IMG/VR virus record: IMGVR_UViG_3300001200_000009
DNA from: a virus
DNA: 64,000 nucleotides
Reading direction: 5' to 3' (one strand)
Shown here: positions 1 to 9,028 of the stretch, piece after piece
Numbering within the stretch: position 1 is the stretch's first letter
Layout: each line of letters starts with the position of its first letter
Position numbers and translations under genes: made by a program
Notes under the pieces: generated by a model
What the model saw: the letters and a program-made list of their open reading frames with translations, nothing else
What the model was told of the DNA's origin: nothing
The model's database searches: none

Positions 1-349
1 TTGGCTTTTCTACGCGTGAAATCGCAATGAAGCCCTTCGACTTGGTAAGATTACCGTCGAAGCTGACTCGTGCATACGTTCCAGGACGCGCACCGATTTC
101 GGTATAGTTGAAAAGTTTGGCTGGTATGGTAAACCACACCCTCGTACCTTGTTCATGTTCACTTAATATTTCTCCATTCTGAGAGTATAATTGGCATGGG
201 GACTTCAGTCTAAACCCATTAGCATACTTGTAATTATCAACTTCAGTTGGCGCATAACAGGTCCGTAGACCGCCGCGTGCATAATGTTCGTTGAGCTTGG
301 TCGGAAAATTCATTGCAGAGAAAGCAGGACCAAAATCCTGATTACTCAT
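1..349 (-). CDS. Hypothetical protein, partial (runs off window start)
   Basis: Hand-translated ORF MSNQDFGPAF...RVEKP, open to position 1; AAGGA SD; early promoter at about 378-407. Confidence 0.7.
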   Translation of the reverse strand, partial: MSNQDFGPAFSAMNFPTKLNEHYARGGLRTCYAPTEVDNYKYANGFRLKSPCQLYSQNGEILSEHEQGTRVWFTIPAKLFNYTEIGARPGTYARVSFDGNLTKSKGFIAISRVEKP

Positions 350-377
350 TAACATTCCTTTGTTATCTTGTAGTTAT

Positions 378-416
378 ATTATAACATACTAAAACAAAGA
401 CGTAAACGTATAAATA
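378..416. promoter_or_regulatory. Back-to-back early promoter (minus: GTTTAC..TATAAT) and T4-type late promoter (plus: TATAAATA 409-416)
   Basis: gtaaac at 402-407, attata at 378-383, tataaata at 409-416. Confidence 0.75.
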
Positions 417-420
417 TTAG

Positions 421-924
421 GTGTTCATCGTATATCAGACAACAAATATGCTTAACGGCAAAATCTATGTAGGCGTCCATAAACTGGCAACAGATAGAAT
501 ATTTGACACTTATCTTGGGTCAGGTGTAGCTATTTCTGCTGCTATAGAATCTAAAGGCGTAGAGAACTTTAGACGAAAAACTCTATACGAGTTTGAAAAT
601 AGAGAAGATGCATATTCAAAAGAAGTCGAAATTGTGAATGAAGATTTTGTAGCTAGGCAAGACACATATAATCTAACTACTGGCGGTTTAGGAGGTCAGG
701 GTTGGTCTCAATTGACAGATACACATAAATCCAATATTTCAAAAGCTAGAACTGGAATGAAATTGTCTAAATCACATATAGCCAATATGTCTAAAGCTAA
801 ATTTCAACCTATTTCTATGGAAGGTGTTGTTCACGAATCTAAGAAGGCTGCAGCCACGTTTTATGGCGTTACTCCTCAAACTATTTCTAAATGGATTAGA
901 ACTAACAGCCCTAAAATCGATTAA
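421..924 (+). CDS. Free-standing GIY-YIG homing endonuclease (Seg-like)
   Basis: IVYQTTN..NGKIYVG, YLGSG, NUMOD3-like and HTH-like tail; antisense to neighbours. Confidence 0.9.
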   Translation: MFIVYQTTNMLNGKIYVGVHKLATDRIFDTYLGSGVAISAAIESKGVENFRRKTLYEFENREDAYSKEVEIVNEDFVARQDTYNLTTGGLGGQGWSQLTDTHKSNISKARTGMKLSKSHIANMSKAKFQPISMEGVVHESKKAAATFYGVTPQTISKWIRTNSPKID

Positions 925-1079
925 AATGAGTTCAAAAACCTCGCCAATTCTTCAGCTTCGGACTTGGTTCTGTCCCGAATCATGATTTGGTTGCCCATAA
1001 CTACTGCATAGGCATCGGTCATTATTTTACCGCCATTGGTAGTTTCCATATGACCCTGAACGACTCTTGCTTTGCTCAT
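921..1079 (-). CDS. Hypothetical protein (likely start MSKARV)
   Basis: ORF; ATGA overlap with an upstream 52-aa ORF at about 1076-1234. Confidence 0.55.
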   Translation of the reverse strand: MSKARVVQGHMETTNGGKIMTDAYAVVMGNQIMIRDRTKSEAEELARFLNSF

Positions 1080-1230
1080 TTCTTTTTCTTCATTATGATA
1101 TTCAGCCACTGCTCATATGTGTATTCTTCCTTGAAGCGGCTATTCTCATAGCATGTTCTCATATAGGATTCCTCACGAGCAACAGCTTTGGCATTTTCTT
1201 TTCGCATTACCCATGCACAGAGTCGTTTAA

Positions 1231-1875
1231 TCATGCGAAATCCTTATTGCATTCCATGTTGCGGACGTCATCTCTATTTGCCATGTCCCAATCGTAATTG
1301 AGCATGTAGTTATGCGAGTTACCATCGAGATTATATCGCTCTTTGGAACAAGAGACCTTAACAAAAGTCCGCATTCCCTCATACTCATGGTCTTGGTTGG
1401 TGCGATGGACTTCTTTGGCTTGTAATCTTAAGAGTGAATGATTGGGGAATAGATGAATCGATTTCTCTTGAACCTGTTCGTTCATGTCAATTAGAGACTG
1501 CGCATCATCGTCTGACAAGTCGAAAAATTGAAGAGCAAACTGAGTTGGACAATGAGAGTACCAAATATAGTTGATGTCATCAGTGCCAAACCCATCGATG
1601 TGCCAGCCTGGTCGTTGAGTCATCGAAGATGGAGTCACATAGGTATGCTTGACCGTTAGGTAAACATATCGACCTTTGACATCTTCTTCTCGTATCTGAG
1701 CCAAAAGAGGCTTGAGAAATTCCAGTCGAAGCGGTAAATTCAGGTCTCGCCAATCAGTTCCATCGTGTTCGGGAAATTTAACCGGTAAATACATGTAAAT
1801 CATCATCTCTTGACAATCTAACTGAATGTCTGGGCCGACAATTTCAGGCCATGAAGATGTTTCGGTGATAATCAT
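1231..1875 (-). CDS. Putative 2OG-Fe(II) oxygenase-like protein
   Basis: RPGWHIDG (HxD), distal EVHR His, and R-x-F-x-K in a beta-rich C-terminus. Confidence 0.5.
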   Translation of the reverse strand: MIITETSSWPEIVGPDIQLDCQEMMIYMYLPVKFPEHDGTDWRDLNLPLRLEFLKPLLAQIREEDVKGRYVYLTVKHTYVTPSSMTQRPGWHIDGFGTDDINYIWYSHCPTQFALQFFDLSDDDAQSLIDMNEQVQEKSIHLFPNHSLLRLQAKEVHRTNQDHEYEGMRTFVKVSCSKERYNLDGNSHNYMLNYDWDMANRDDVRNMECNKDFA

Positions 1876-2279
1876 TTTAGACCACGCTTTACTGCAACTC
1901 GATGATAACGACGATAATGGTCGTGAATTCTTCCGCGAGCGTCTGATGCGCTCATATGGAAAGGAAGATAGCTAGTGTTATCTAGCGCCGACTTTTCGCT
2001 TTCAAAAGCTTTAAGAATTTCATCATCGCTAAGATGAGCGATTGTAGCGTCTTCAGCATCGATGTTTGCCTGTTTTCTACGCTCTTCTTTAAGTTTGTAG
2101 ACGATATCGGCATACATTGCTTCAACATAATGGTCTTCGGGAATGGTGCCATATGAAGGACGTTTTCGTCCATATCCGTCTATCCAATTCTCTTGAATGC
2201 GGTTCATAACCTGACCAAACAACCACCAAGGATTAACATCGCTTGGGACGTCAACTGGCTTTCCATAATATGTCATCAT
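1872..2279 (-). CDS. Hypothetical protein (start MMTYYG)
   Basis: GGAG SD and early promoter (gtaaac 2321-2326). Confidence 0.65.
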   Translation of the reverse strand: MMTYYGKPVDVPSDVNPWWLFGQVMNRIQENWIDGYGRKRPSYGTIPEDHYVEAMYADIVYKLKEERRKQANIDAEDATIAHLSDDEILKAFESEKSALDNTSYLPFHMSASDARGRIHDHYRRYHRVAVKRGLK

Positions 2280-2369
2280 AATAAATCTCCTATTGACAGT
2301 ATATACTATTGGACAGAAATGTAAACATAAAAATGCACTGAAAATCAAAAGAAATTCAGTGCATTTATT

Positions 2370-2446
2370 TGGAACCCATGGATGGATTCTAACCACCTTC
2401 ATCCCCGTAGCATGGGGACGTTCTAATTGACATAAACTACACGGGC
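2370..2446 (-). tRNA. Atypical tRNA-like gene, anticodon GCT (Ser), short variable loop, T-loop TTAGAAT
   Basis: GCCCGTG/CATGGGT acceptor, TCCCC-ATGCTAC-GGGGA arm, encoded CCA. Confidence 0.55.
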
Positions 2447-2462
2447 ATAATTTTGTCTAATT

Positions 2463-2618
2463 TGGTAGGGCTGGCAAGGATTCTAACCTCCGTCCTCTAC
2501 AAGATACATTCTAGCTTATTCAAATAGTGGTTTTGGTGGTCTCCGGAAACTCCAACAACATATAGGCTTCTACTAGAGGTAGGGCTCATAGCGCTCTAAC
2601 TGACTGAGCTACAGCCCC
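2463..2618 (-). ncRNA. 156-nt tRNA-like RNA with enlarged anticodon domain
   Basis: GGGGCTG/CAGCCCT-ACCA, D arm GCTC/GAGC, T-loop TTAGAAT, CCTCTA/TAGAGG enclosing about 70 nt. Confidence 0.6.
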
Positions 2619-3152
2619 TCATAAAACTTCTTCTGGGTCAGCCCCAAGAAGGACCTTCATTTGATTTGCGTATTTTGTGTAACGCTTGAGATTACCTTCC
2701 TTGATGCAGTTTTCCATGTTGAATAGCATGTCTGCTTTTTTGACGCGTAGAGCCATTTCGTTTTCTCGTATGGCTACCAGATACACGTCGATGATTGTGT
2801 CTTCGGTCTTTGTAAGATATGCAACCGCGATAACGATGTCCTCGTCAAAGCCTAATTCTCTAAGGCCTTCAAAGGTTAGTTCGTCCGAATCTTCGACAGC
2901 GTCGTGAAGGTAAGCGACTGCTTGACATTTTAGGTCTTGTTGGGCTCTGATAAAATCATTGGCTACCCACCCGCGAAGAATTGGACGAGATGTCATAAAT
3001 GAGTCTATCGTCTTTTGAACAACTCCTTCCACATGGTAACCAAAATAATCGAAGTCACCATATTTCTGGTCCTTATGAACATATCGAGCAACATGCTCTG
3101 CTAATTTGATTTGTGTGTTTGTGCGAATCTCTTCTACTGAAACTGAAAGCAT
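2619..3152 (-). CDS. HD-domain hydrolase (RelA/SpoT HD-like)
   Basis: YFGYHV, AYLHDAVED, VKKADMLFN motifs. Confidence 0.8.
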   Translation of the reverse strand: MLSVSVEEIRTNTQIKLAEHVARYVHKDQKYGDFDYFGYHVEGVVQKTIDSFMTSRPILRGWVANDFIRAQQDLKCQAVAYLHDAVEDSDELTFEGLRELGFDEDIVIAVAYLTKTEDTIIDVYLVAIRENEMALRVKKADMLFNMENCIKEGNLKRYTKYANQMKVLLGADPEEVL

Positions 3153-3160
3153 AACGTCTC

Positions 3161-3406
3161 CTAACTAATATCTTCTGTCGTTAACACGGTCCTAAACTCA
3201 TCAGTTGCGCCGGAAAAAATATTCACAGACGATATAGAGTTTTTTCTAAGTATTCCTAAAGCATCTGCTTCTGATAAGGCAACTTCTATTGTGCCTTGAC
3301 TATCACAGATATTCCATCCAGGATAAGTGAATTTATGTAAGAATTCTTTTATGTGAAGGGTTCCATTCTTCGAGGCCTGTCGTATAATAATGTCTTGTGC
3401 GTTCAT
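3161..3406 (-). CDS. Hypothetical protein
   Basis: GGAG SD, early promoter (gtaaac 3449-3454). Confidence 0.6.
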   Translation of the reverse strand: MNAQDIIIRQASKNGTLHIKEFLHKFTYPGWNICDSQGTIEVALSEADALGILRKNSISSVNIFSGATDEFRTVLTTEDIS

Positions 3407-3465
3407 AATAAATCTCCTATTGATAGTATATACTATTCAAGAAGCAATGTAAACGATTAAATGAT

Positions 3466-3539
3466 TGGTTGACCCCGGAGGAATCGAACCTCCATCTTCT
3501 GGCTCAAAACCAGACGTACCTCCATTAAACTACGGGTCA
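3466..3539 (-). tRNA. tRNA-Gln(TTG)
   Basis: Cloverleaf, TCTGG-TTTTGAG-CCAGA, CCA. Confidence 0.93.
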
Positions 3540-3540
3540 A

Positions 3541-3614
3541 TGGAGGTACGTATGGGATTCGAACCCACGTAACTGGATTTGCAATCCAGCGCGTCACCAC
3601 TCCGCCAACGTACC
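3541..3614 (-). tRNA. tRNA-Cys(GCA)
   Basis: CTGGA-TTGCAAA-TCCAG, CCA. Confidence 0.93.
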
Positions 3615-3628
3615 TATAAGAAACCTAT

Positions 3629-3703
3629 TGGCTCAGGTGGTTGGATTCGAACCAACGACACACCGGTTAACAGCCGGATGCTCTACCACTGAGCTACACC
3701 TAA
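3629..3703 (-). tRNA. tRNA-Asn(GTT)
   Basis: CCGG-CTGTTAA-CCGG, CCA. Confidence 0.93.
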
Positions 3704-3843
3704 GCGAATAGGTTTCTAGTTAAGACTAGTTTTGTTGTCGGAAATTTTGACAAGGAGACAGATTGCTATTTGAAGCATTACTATGAGATACAGTATTTGT
3801 CATCGACTTGTCCTTTCGAATTTAGAGTCTCGCGACTATTGAT

Positions 3844-3919
3844 TGGTTGCGGGTCTTGGATTTGAACCAAGGGTTCGGGGTAATGAACCCCGCGTGTTAC
3901 CAGACTACACTAACCCGCG
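3844..3919 (-). tRNA. Initiator tRNA-fMet(CAT)
   Basis: C1:A72 mismatch, consecutive G-C pairs in the anticodon stem CGGGG/CCCCG. Confidence 0.88.
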
Positions 3920-4332
3920 ACAGTAATTTATTTATATGATTTCTTCGGTGTTTTCCAAAGCTTTTTCAATTTCAGGATGAAGAGGTTTCGCGTTCCATGT
4001 CCCTATTGCGACAGCAATTGAAGCTAAAGCTCCGAGTAACATAACAATTTGAATCATTCTTCATCCTTTATTCTGTTTATAGTATCACACCGGTCTGAAA
4101 TGTAAACGACTAATGTGATAATTTTTCAAGCTCTGCGCGAATGTATTCTCGAAGAGTATAGTTCCCAATCATGACTCGCTTAGGAGCTTGACGAGGATAT
4201 TGCTCCAAGTCTTTCCCTCTCGCTGGTCTGAAAACGATTTGACCTCGCTTGGGTCGCATTCAAATTCTGTACCACAAGAGCTACAGGTACCGATATAGAC
4301 CTGTTTTGTCGCTACTCCAGCTTTGAGTATTC

Positions 4333-4572
4333 TCATTGGAATTGCTTCCTGACTTCGGCTAAAGAAGGACCATCAAGAATAAGACATCTTTCGCCGTAAC
4401 TAATCTTACCACGTCTAGTAGAAACACCATCCCAATCAGGAGGAGTTACAACAATTTGCTTATCGCCATGAACTTCCATAACCATTCGTAGTCCGCCAAA
4501 TCCCCAAGCACTAGAGCCTGAATAGATAATGATATCGCCGGGTTGAATGTCTCGGTCTAAATAGTCTTTCAT
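4333..4572 (-). CDS. Hypothetical protein
   Basis: MKDYLDRDIQPGD phage-type N-terminus; coupled to nadV. Confidence 0.65.
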   Translation of the reverse strand: MKDYLDRDIQPGDIIIYSGSSAWGFGGLRMVMEVHGDKQIVVTPPDWDGVSTRRGKISYGERCLILDGPSLAEVRKQFQ

Positions 4573-6002
4573 TAGTATGTCCTATCAGCTAGGGCTCTAA
4601 CATCAGCAAACTTTGGTTCGTACGCTGGAGTTAATCGCCGCTTGTTGTACGCGTAGATTGTCGTAAAGATATTGTATGGAACATCAGCCGTTTGGGTTAG
4701 CATTCCAACCGTTGGCTTTACTTGATGCTCGCCTTTGGCATTGACGAAGAAGATATGACCTTTCTTAGAGGTTTTCTTTCCGCTTGCTGGATTCTTGAAG
4801 ACATCAATCCAAGTTTTTCCATCTCGACTCCATGCATTACATTTCATCGCGAATTTTAGAGTGTCTCGATTGACCTTCTGTAGAAGACCGCCACCCATAC
4901 CGAATACGATATTTGACGCCGCAAATTTAAGGTCCTTAAGCATTTCGAGTATCATTGCAAGGTCGTTTGAGTCGATTCCATCTCCTTGCAGGACGCGAAT
5001 GTAATCGGGTAGAACCTTGTAACCTTGTTCGTTGGTCGTAGTACCGAATTTGTCGGCTAAGATTTCAACCATTTGAACTGGAACCAAGATTGGGTCGCCA
5101 GAGTCAGGACGAGCTACGAATCTAGAACCACGGTCTCCAAGAGCAATGACCTTATCTTTGAGATGGGTGCCAATATATTCAGACACAGCTCTTACGTCGT
5201 TATAACTGTCGATAACGCATGACGTAATGGCTCCATCCGGACATTGGTCAATCATTTTCTCAAGGAAGTCGCGTTCACCATCTTCGCCATTGATTGTTGT
5301 AGTACTATGCTCGGTAGCGATAACACTAAAGGCTGCCATATCCTCGCCATAATACTCTTTGGCGTATTCGAGAGCAACGAAAGTGTCGGTACCCATAAAG
5401 CCTGCTGCTAAATGAGCCATACCACCAATTGCAGCTGACTCGTTAGATGAAACACCACGAGCTCCAAAATCATGAAGCATGAATTGCGCGCCTTCGGTAG
5501 AACCGGTAGTTTCAAGGAGATATTTCTCGATTGTTTTACGGTCGCGAAGGGACTTGGAGGCGATTGTGGTTGGGTACCAAATTGCTCTAAGTAGGGCAGT
5601 TTCGATATAGCTTACAAGCCATGGAACCATTGGGTCGGTGTTAACGACTTGGAAGAGTGGAGTACCAAGCGGTACGACCTGGCCTTCAGGAATTGCTTTG
5701 ATTACAATTGGAAGGTAGCCATTATGCTCTTCAACGATGTATTTCCAACCATCATAATTGAACGGTACGCCATGAGCTTCAACTCGTTTCTTGGCATATT
5801 CTACATCTCGCATAGTAATCTGAATTGACAGAACATCGCGAACATAGACTCGCATGCCGAAGTTCATGACACGAGTTAGTTTAGGGTCTGAAGTCCCTCG
5901 AGCTTCGCCATAGGACGAAATGTATTTTGCGTCAGCCGGATACTGGAGAAAATGCCCCATTTTGTAGCTGTCCGCATTTAGGATGGGATGGTGAATGTTC
6001 AT
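4572..6002 (-). CDS. nadV: Nicotinamide phosphoribosyltransferase
   Basis: ADSYKMGH, LHDFGARG, ATEHS, RPDSGDP, LQGDG, FGMGGGLLQ motifs. Confidence 0.95.
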   Translation of the reverse strand: MNIHHPILNADSYKMGHFLQYPADAKYISSYGEARGTSDPKLTRVMNFGMRVYVRDVLSIQITMRDVEYAKKRVEAHGVPFNYDGWKYIVEEHNGYLPIVIKAIPEGQVVPLGTPLFQVVNTDPMVPWLVSYIETALLRAIWYPTTIASKSLRDRKTIEKYLLETTGSTEGAQFMLHDFGARGVSSNESAAIGGMAHLAAGFMGTDTFVALEYAKEYYGEDMAAFSVIATEHSTTTINGEDGERDFLEKMIDQCPDGAITSCVIDSYNDVRAVSEYIGTHLKDKVIALGDRGSRFVARPDSGDPILVPVQMVEILADKFGTTTNEQGYKVLPDYIRVLQGDGIDSNDLAMILEMLKDLKFAASNIVFGMGGGLLQKVNRDTLKFAMKCNAWSRDGKTWIDVFKNPASGKKTSKKGHIFFVNAKGEHQVKPTVGMLTQTADVPYNIFTTIYAYNKRRLTPAYEPKFADVRALADRTY

Positions 6003-6090
6003 AAATTTTCCTTATTTGTTGCATTATATACTAGTTCTACAGCTTTGTAAATATAAATATTTGTATAATGTGATAAAGGTCTCTAAGTAA

Positions 6091-6663
6091 ATGTATTTTC
6101 TTTACGTAACAACAAATAATATCAACGGCAAAAAATACGTGGGGCTATGCTCTATGAAAAAGAAAAATTGGAAAACCTACTTAGGGTCTGGTAAAATCTT
6201 AAAAAGAGCCATATCAAAATATGGAAGAAAATCTTTTTCCAGAGAAATTATAAGCTATTACGATAACCTAGAAAATGTAATAAGTGCGGAGAAAAATTTT
6301 ATATTAGAAAATTCATGCCATCTACGAGACGATTGGTATAATATAGCAGTGTCTTTTACAACGCAAGGATTCAAAGGTAAAAAGCAGTCAGAGTACCATA
6401 AAGAAGTTATGCAAACCCTCTTAACTGGAGTAAAACGTTCTAAAGAAAGCATAAGAAAACAAAAGAAAACAAGGCTAGAAAGAGCAAATGATTACTCATA
6501 TCAAAATCATAGTCCAGAGCAGCGTTTAGCTGCAAGTAAGGTTGGCAAATCCAATAAAGGTAGAAAGCACCTTAAAAAATTATGTGAGCACTGTGGAAAT
6601 CATTACGGGCCTGCGCCTTTTGCAAGATTTCACGGAAATAATTGCAAACAGAAGCCTACTTAA
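6091..6663 (+). CDS. Free-standing GIY-YIG homing endonuclease
   Basis: FLYVTTNNINGKKYVG, YLGSG, C-terminal CEHC; TATAAATA at 6052-6059. Confidence 0.9.
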   Translation: MYFLYVTTNNINGKKYVGLCSMKKKNWKTYLGSGKILKRAISKYGRKSFSREIISYYDNLENVISAEKNFILENSCHLRDDWYNIAVSFTTQGFKGKKQSEYHKEVMQTLLTGVKRSKESIRKQKKTRLERANDYSYQNHSPEQRLAASKVGKSNKGRKHLKKLCEHCGNHYGPAPFARFHGNNCKQKPT

Positions 6664-7912
6664 GCATTTCTTGAATTATAAAATAATGGTCTTCGAAAAA
6701 TTCGGTTGGGTTCATGTCGTCAACATGCATCCAAATGCAGTTAGAAGCGTCGTCGGCCGCTTTGACGTATGGTAACTTGCGATTAGCTGGTAGCTTGTCA
6801 TCCCATAAAGAGAATTCCGAAACTTGAGTATACATTCGTCCTCTTAATGAACGACCGGGATAATCAAAGGTGCGAGTCTTATATTTAATTTGGGCATTGT
6901 CTAACTCTGCGTCAGTTAAACGTATTCCAGTTTCTTCTCTTAGCTCTCGAATGGTAGCCTTTGCAAGAGTTTCATGCGCATCGACATAGCCACCAGGCAG
7001 AGCAAGTAATCCTTTACCAGGAGCATTTGCTCTTTCGACTAGTAGGACATTTTTGCCAGCACGAACAAGAGCATCGACTGTTTGGAAGGTTGGAGGATAG
7101 GGAGCCTTCTCCCATGATTTCTTGTGACCTTCGTAGAAGTCATACTCGTCCCGCATTGGCTTAAAGAGTTTGCCAGCCATGAAACGCTGAATTTGCAACC
7201 AACTTCCTTCTGGAACCTGCTTAAGGAACCGTTCTGATTGTGCTTTGAATTCTTTTTCAGACGTTTTTAGACCATATCCTGCAAACATCATCTCACGAAT
7301 TCCAGTTGCATGCATGCCATCGTTGAGTTCGCCACAGTCGACAAAATCAAATGGTAGCAAGTCAAGGTAATAAGAAGATATGTCAGATTTGTGACCAACG
7401 AGAACAATATCTTCGGGAGCTTCAAACGCTTGAGCCGCCTTAACTATTTGGTCTACCCAATCTGAATCGCTGTATGGACTATCAACGATTGGTTGAATGG
7501 TTACAACGTTTTCATCGCCAGGATGTAGGCAATTTTCAATCATCATTTTACGCTCTTCGAACGTAAATGGATTTTTTGGAGTTCTAGCTGAATCGGTAGA
7601 ACCAACAAGAACTAAGACTTTTTCAGCCTTAGCTTGGGCAGTAAAGATAATAGACAGATGCCCTCTATGAAAGGGCTGGAATCGACCTATTACGACCGCT
7701 AATTTGTGGCAAACTTCTTCGTCATGTCCAGAGTCCTCTTTGACGGCTGATAGGCGTTCGGCAATTTCTTCTTCATCGAACCCAAGAAATTTCATTTGAG
7801 CTGCATAGAGCTCGTCGTTAAATTGAGTATCGCTGACCAGTGGATTACCATACAGCCATTCGTTTTCGATTCGTTCGACTTGGTCTTCCCAAAGTCTCTT
7901 TGACTTGCTCAT
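6656..7912 (-). CDS. Bifunctional NMN adenylyltransferase / Nudix hydrolase (NadM-Nudix, NatV-like)
   Basis: GRFQPFHRGH, KNPF, Nudix box GGYVDAHETLAKATIRELREETG. Confidence 0.93.
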   Translation of the reverse strand: MSKSKRLWEDQVERIENEWLYGNPLVSDTQFNDELYAAQMKFLGFDEEEIAERLSAVKEDSGHDEEVCHKLAVVIGRFQPFHRGHLSIIFTAQAKAEKVLVLVGSTDSARTPKNPFTFEERKMMIENCLHPGDENVVTIQPIVDSPYSDSDWVDQIVKAAQAFEAPEDIVLVGHKSDISSYYLDLLPFDFVDCGELNDGMHATGIREMMFAGYGLKTSEKEFKAQSERFLKQVPEGSWLQIQRFMAGKLFKPMRDEYDFYEGHKKSWEKAPYPPTFQTVDALVRAGKNVLLVERANAPGKGLLALPGGYVDAHETLAKATIRELREETGIRLTDAELDNAQIKYKTRTFDYPGRSLRGRMYTQVSEFSLWDDKLPANRKLPYVKAADDASNCIWMHVDDMNPTEFFEDHYFIIQEMLK

Positions 7913-7920
7913 GAAGTCTC

Positions 7921-8205
7921 CTATGCGTTCATTGGTTCAGGCATGGCCGACACTACAGATAAACCAGCATCGAAAGCTGCCTGCATAGCATCGTCTTCGT
8001 CACGGAAGTTTCCGCCACGACGGATTTGAGCTACATCAGTCTGAAGACCAGTACGTGTGTTTGATTTGAAATCGCCGACAAAGAGATAGGAAAACTTCCG
8101 ATTCTCACCTTGCGAGATAAACAAGTCGCCAAAGAAGTAATGCTTTTTGTTAGCAGCCTCAAGGGTCAGCATAGCTGAATGGCGAAATGATGTGATTTTT
8201 TCCAT
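7921..8205 (-). CDS. Hypothetical protein
   Basis: GGAG SD, early promoter (gtaaac 8250-8255). Confidence 0.6.
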   Translation of the reverse strand: MEKITSFRHSAMLTLEAANKKHYFFGDLFISQGENRKFSYLFVGDFKSNTRTGLQTDVAQIRRGGNFRDEDDAMQAAFDAGLSVVSAMPEPMNA

Positions 8206-8258
8206 AGTAATCTCCGTTATGGGTACTTTATATCATACCGGTCGGCAATGTAAACGAT

Positions 8259-8885
8259 TTATTTTAATTTTCTTCCTTTGAACCAACCATCTGGAATATC
8301 GCCTTTCCACTTTTTGGCTTCAATTCCATTGTTAATCCATATAGTTCCAAATGAAGGATTATTGTTCCCTAAGTTTTTGGATTTTCTCATTTTAGCTTTT
8401 GTTTCTTCTGTATGGGTTTTACCTTTAAACCCATTAACAAACGTTCCATTTTTTAGTCTATCGTTTTGACGCTTTAAAAGCCTTTTGTAGTTTTCTAATC
8501 TGTATTTTTTATCGTTTTTTATTCTATTGGCATGAATTTTGCCTGCCTGCTTACCAGCCGCGAGAGCTATACTAGAATCGTTGAATCCTTTTGCTAATCC
8601 GTTTTGATTAACATAACCCCAACCCCCTTTGCCTCCAGGACAAAGATTATATGTGTCTTCTCTAAGACAATATTCTTCAGTTACTATTTCGGCTTCTTTG
8701 GCATTCATTTCTTCTTCGGTATTAAACACAAACAATATTTCTTTTGAGAAGGCTTCTAACCCATGCTTTGCTATAGCCCTTTTTAGATATTTGCCTGAGC
8801 CCATATATCCATCATCAAGACATAAAGTTTGATGCTTCCCAATATATTCCTTGGGTCCTTTAATTTTATAGACAGTATAATGAAT
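8259..8885 (-). CDS. GIY-YIG homing endonuclease (SegB-like), probable ATT start
   Basis: In-frame HYTVYKIK..YIGKH..YMGSG extends upstream of the called Met; GGAGG 5 nt before ATT; in-frame TAG upstream. Confidence 0.82.
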   Translation of the reverse strand: MHYTVYKIKGPKEYIGKHQTLCLDDGYMGSGKYLKRAIAKHGLEAFSKEILFVFNTEEEMNAKEAEIVTEEYCLREDTYNLCPGGKGGWGYVNQNGLAKGFNDSSIALAAGKQAGKIHANRIKNDKKYRLENYKRLLKRQNDRLKNGTFVNGFKGKTHTEETKAKMRKSKNLGNNNPSFGTIWINNGIEAKKWKGDIPDGWFKGRKLK

Positions 8886-8889
8886 TGTG

Positions 8890-8945
8890 GCCTCCAGATT
8901 ATAAACTAGTCTTATGGTCTGCTAGTATTTATAATCTGGAGGCCC
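8890..8945 (-). promoter_or_regulatory. RBS-sequestering hairpin containing a TATAAATA late promoter
   Basis: Inverted repeat CCTCCAGATTATAAA..CTAG / CTAG..TTTATAATCTGGAGG. Confidence 0.8.
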
Positions 8946-8949
8946 TATG

Positions 8950-9024
8950 TAGACCCGGGTGGATTTGAACCACCGCAAGACGCCGGTTATCAGCCGACCG
9001 CTCTAACCACTGAGCTACGGGTCT
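8950..9024 (-). tRNA. tRNA-Ile(GAT), no encoded CCA
   Basis: GTCGG-CTGATAA-CCGGC. Confidence 0.9.
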
Positions 9025-9028
9025 ATAT

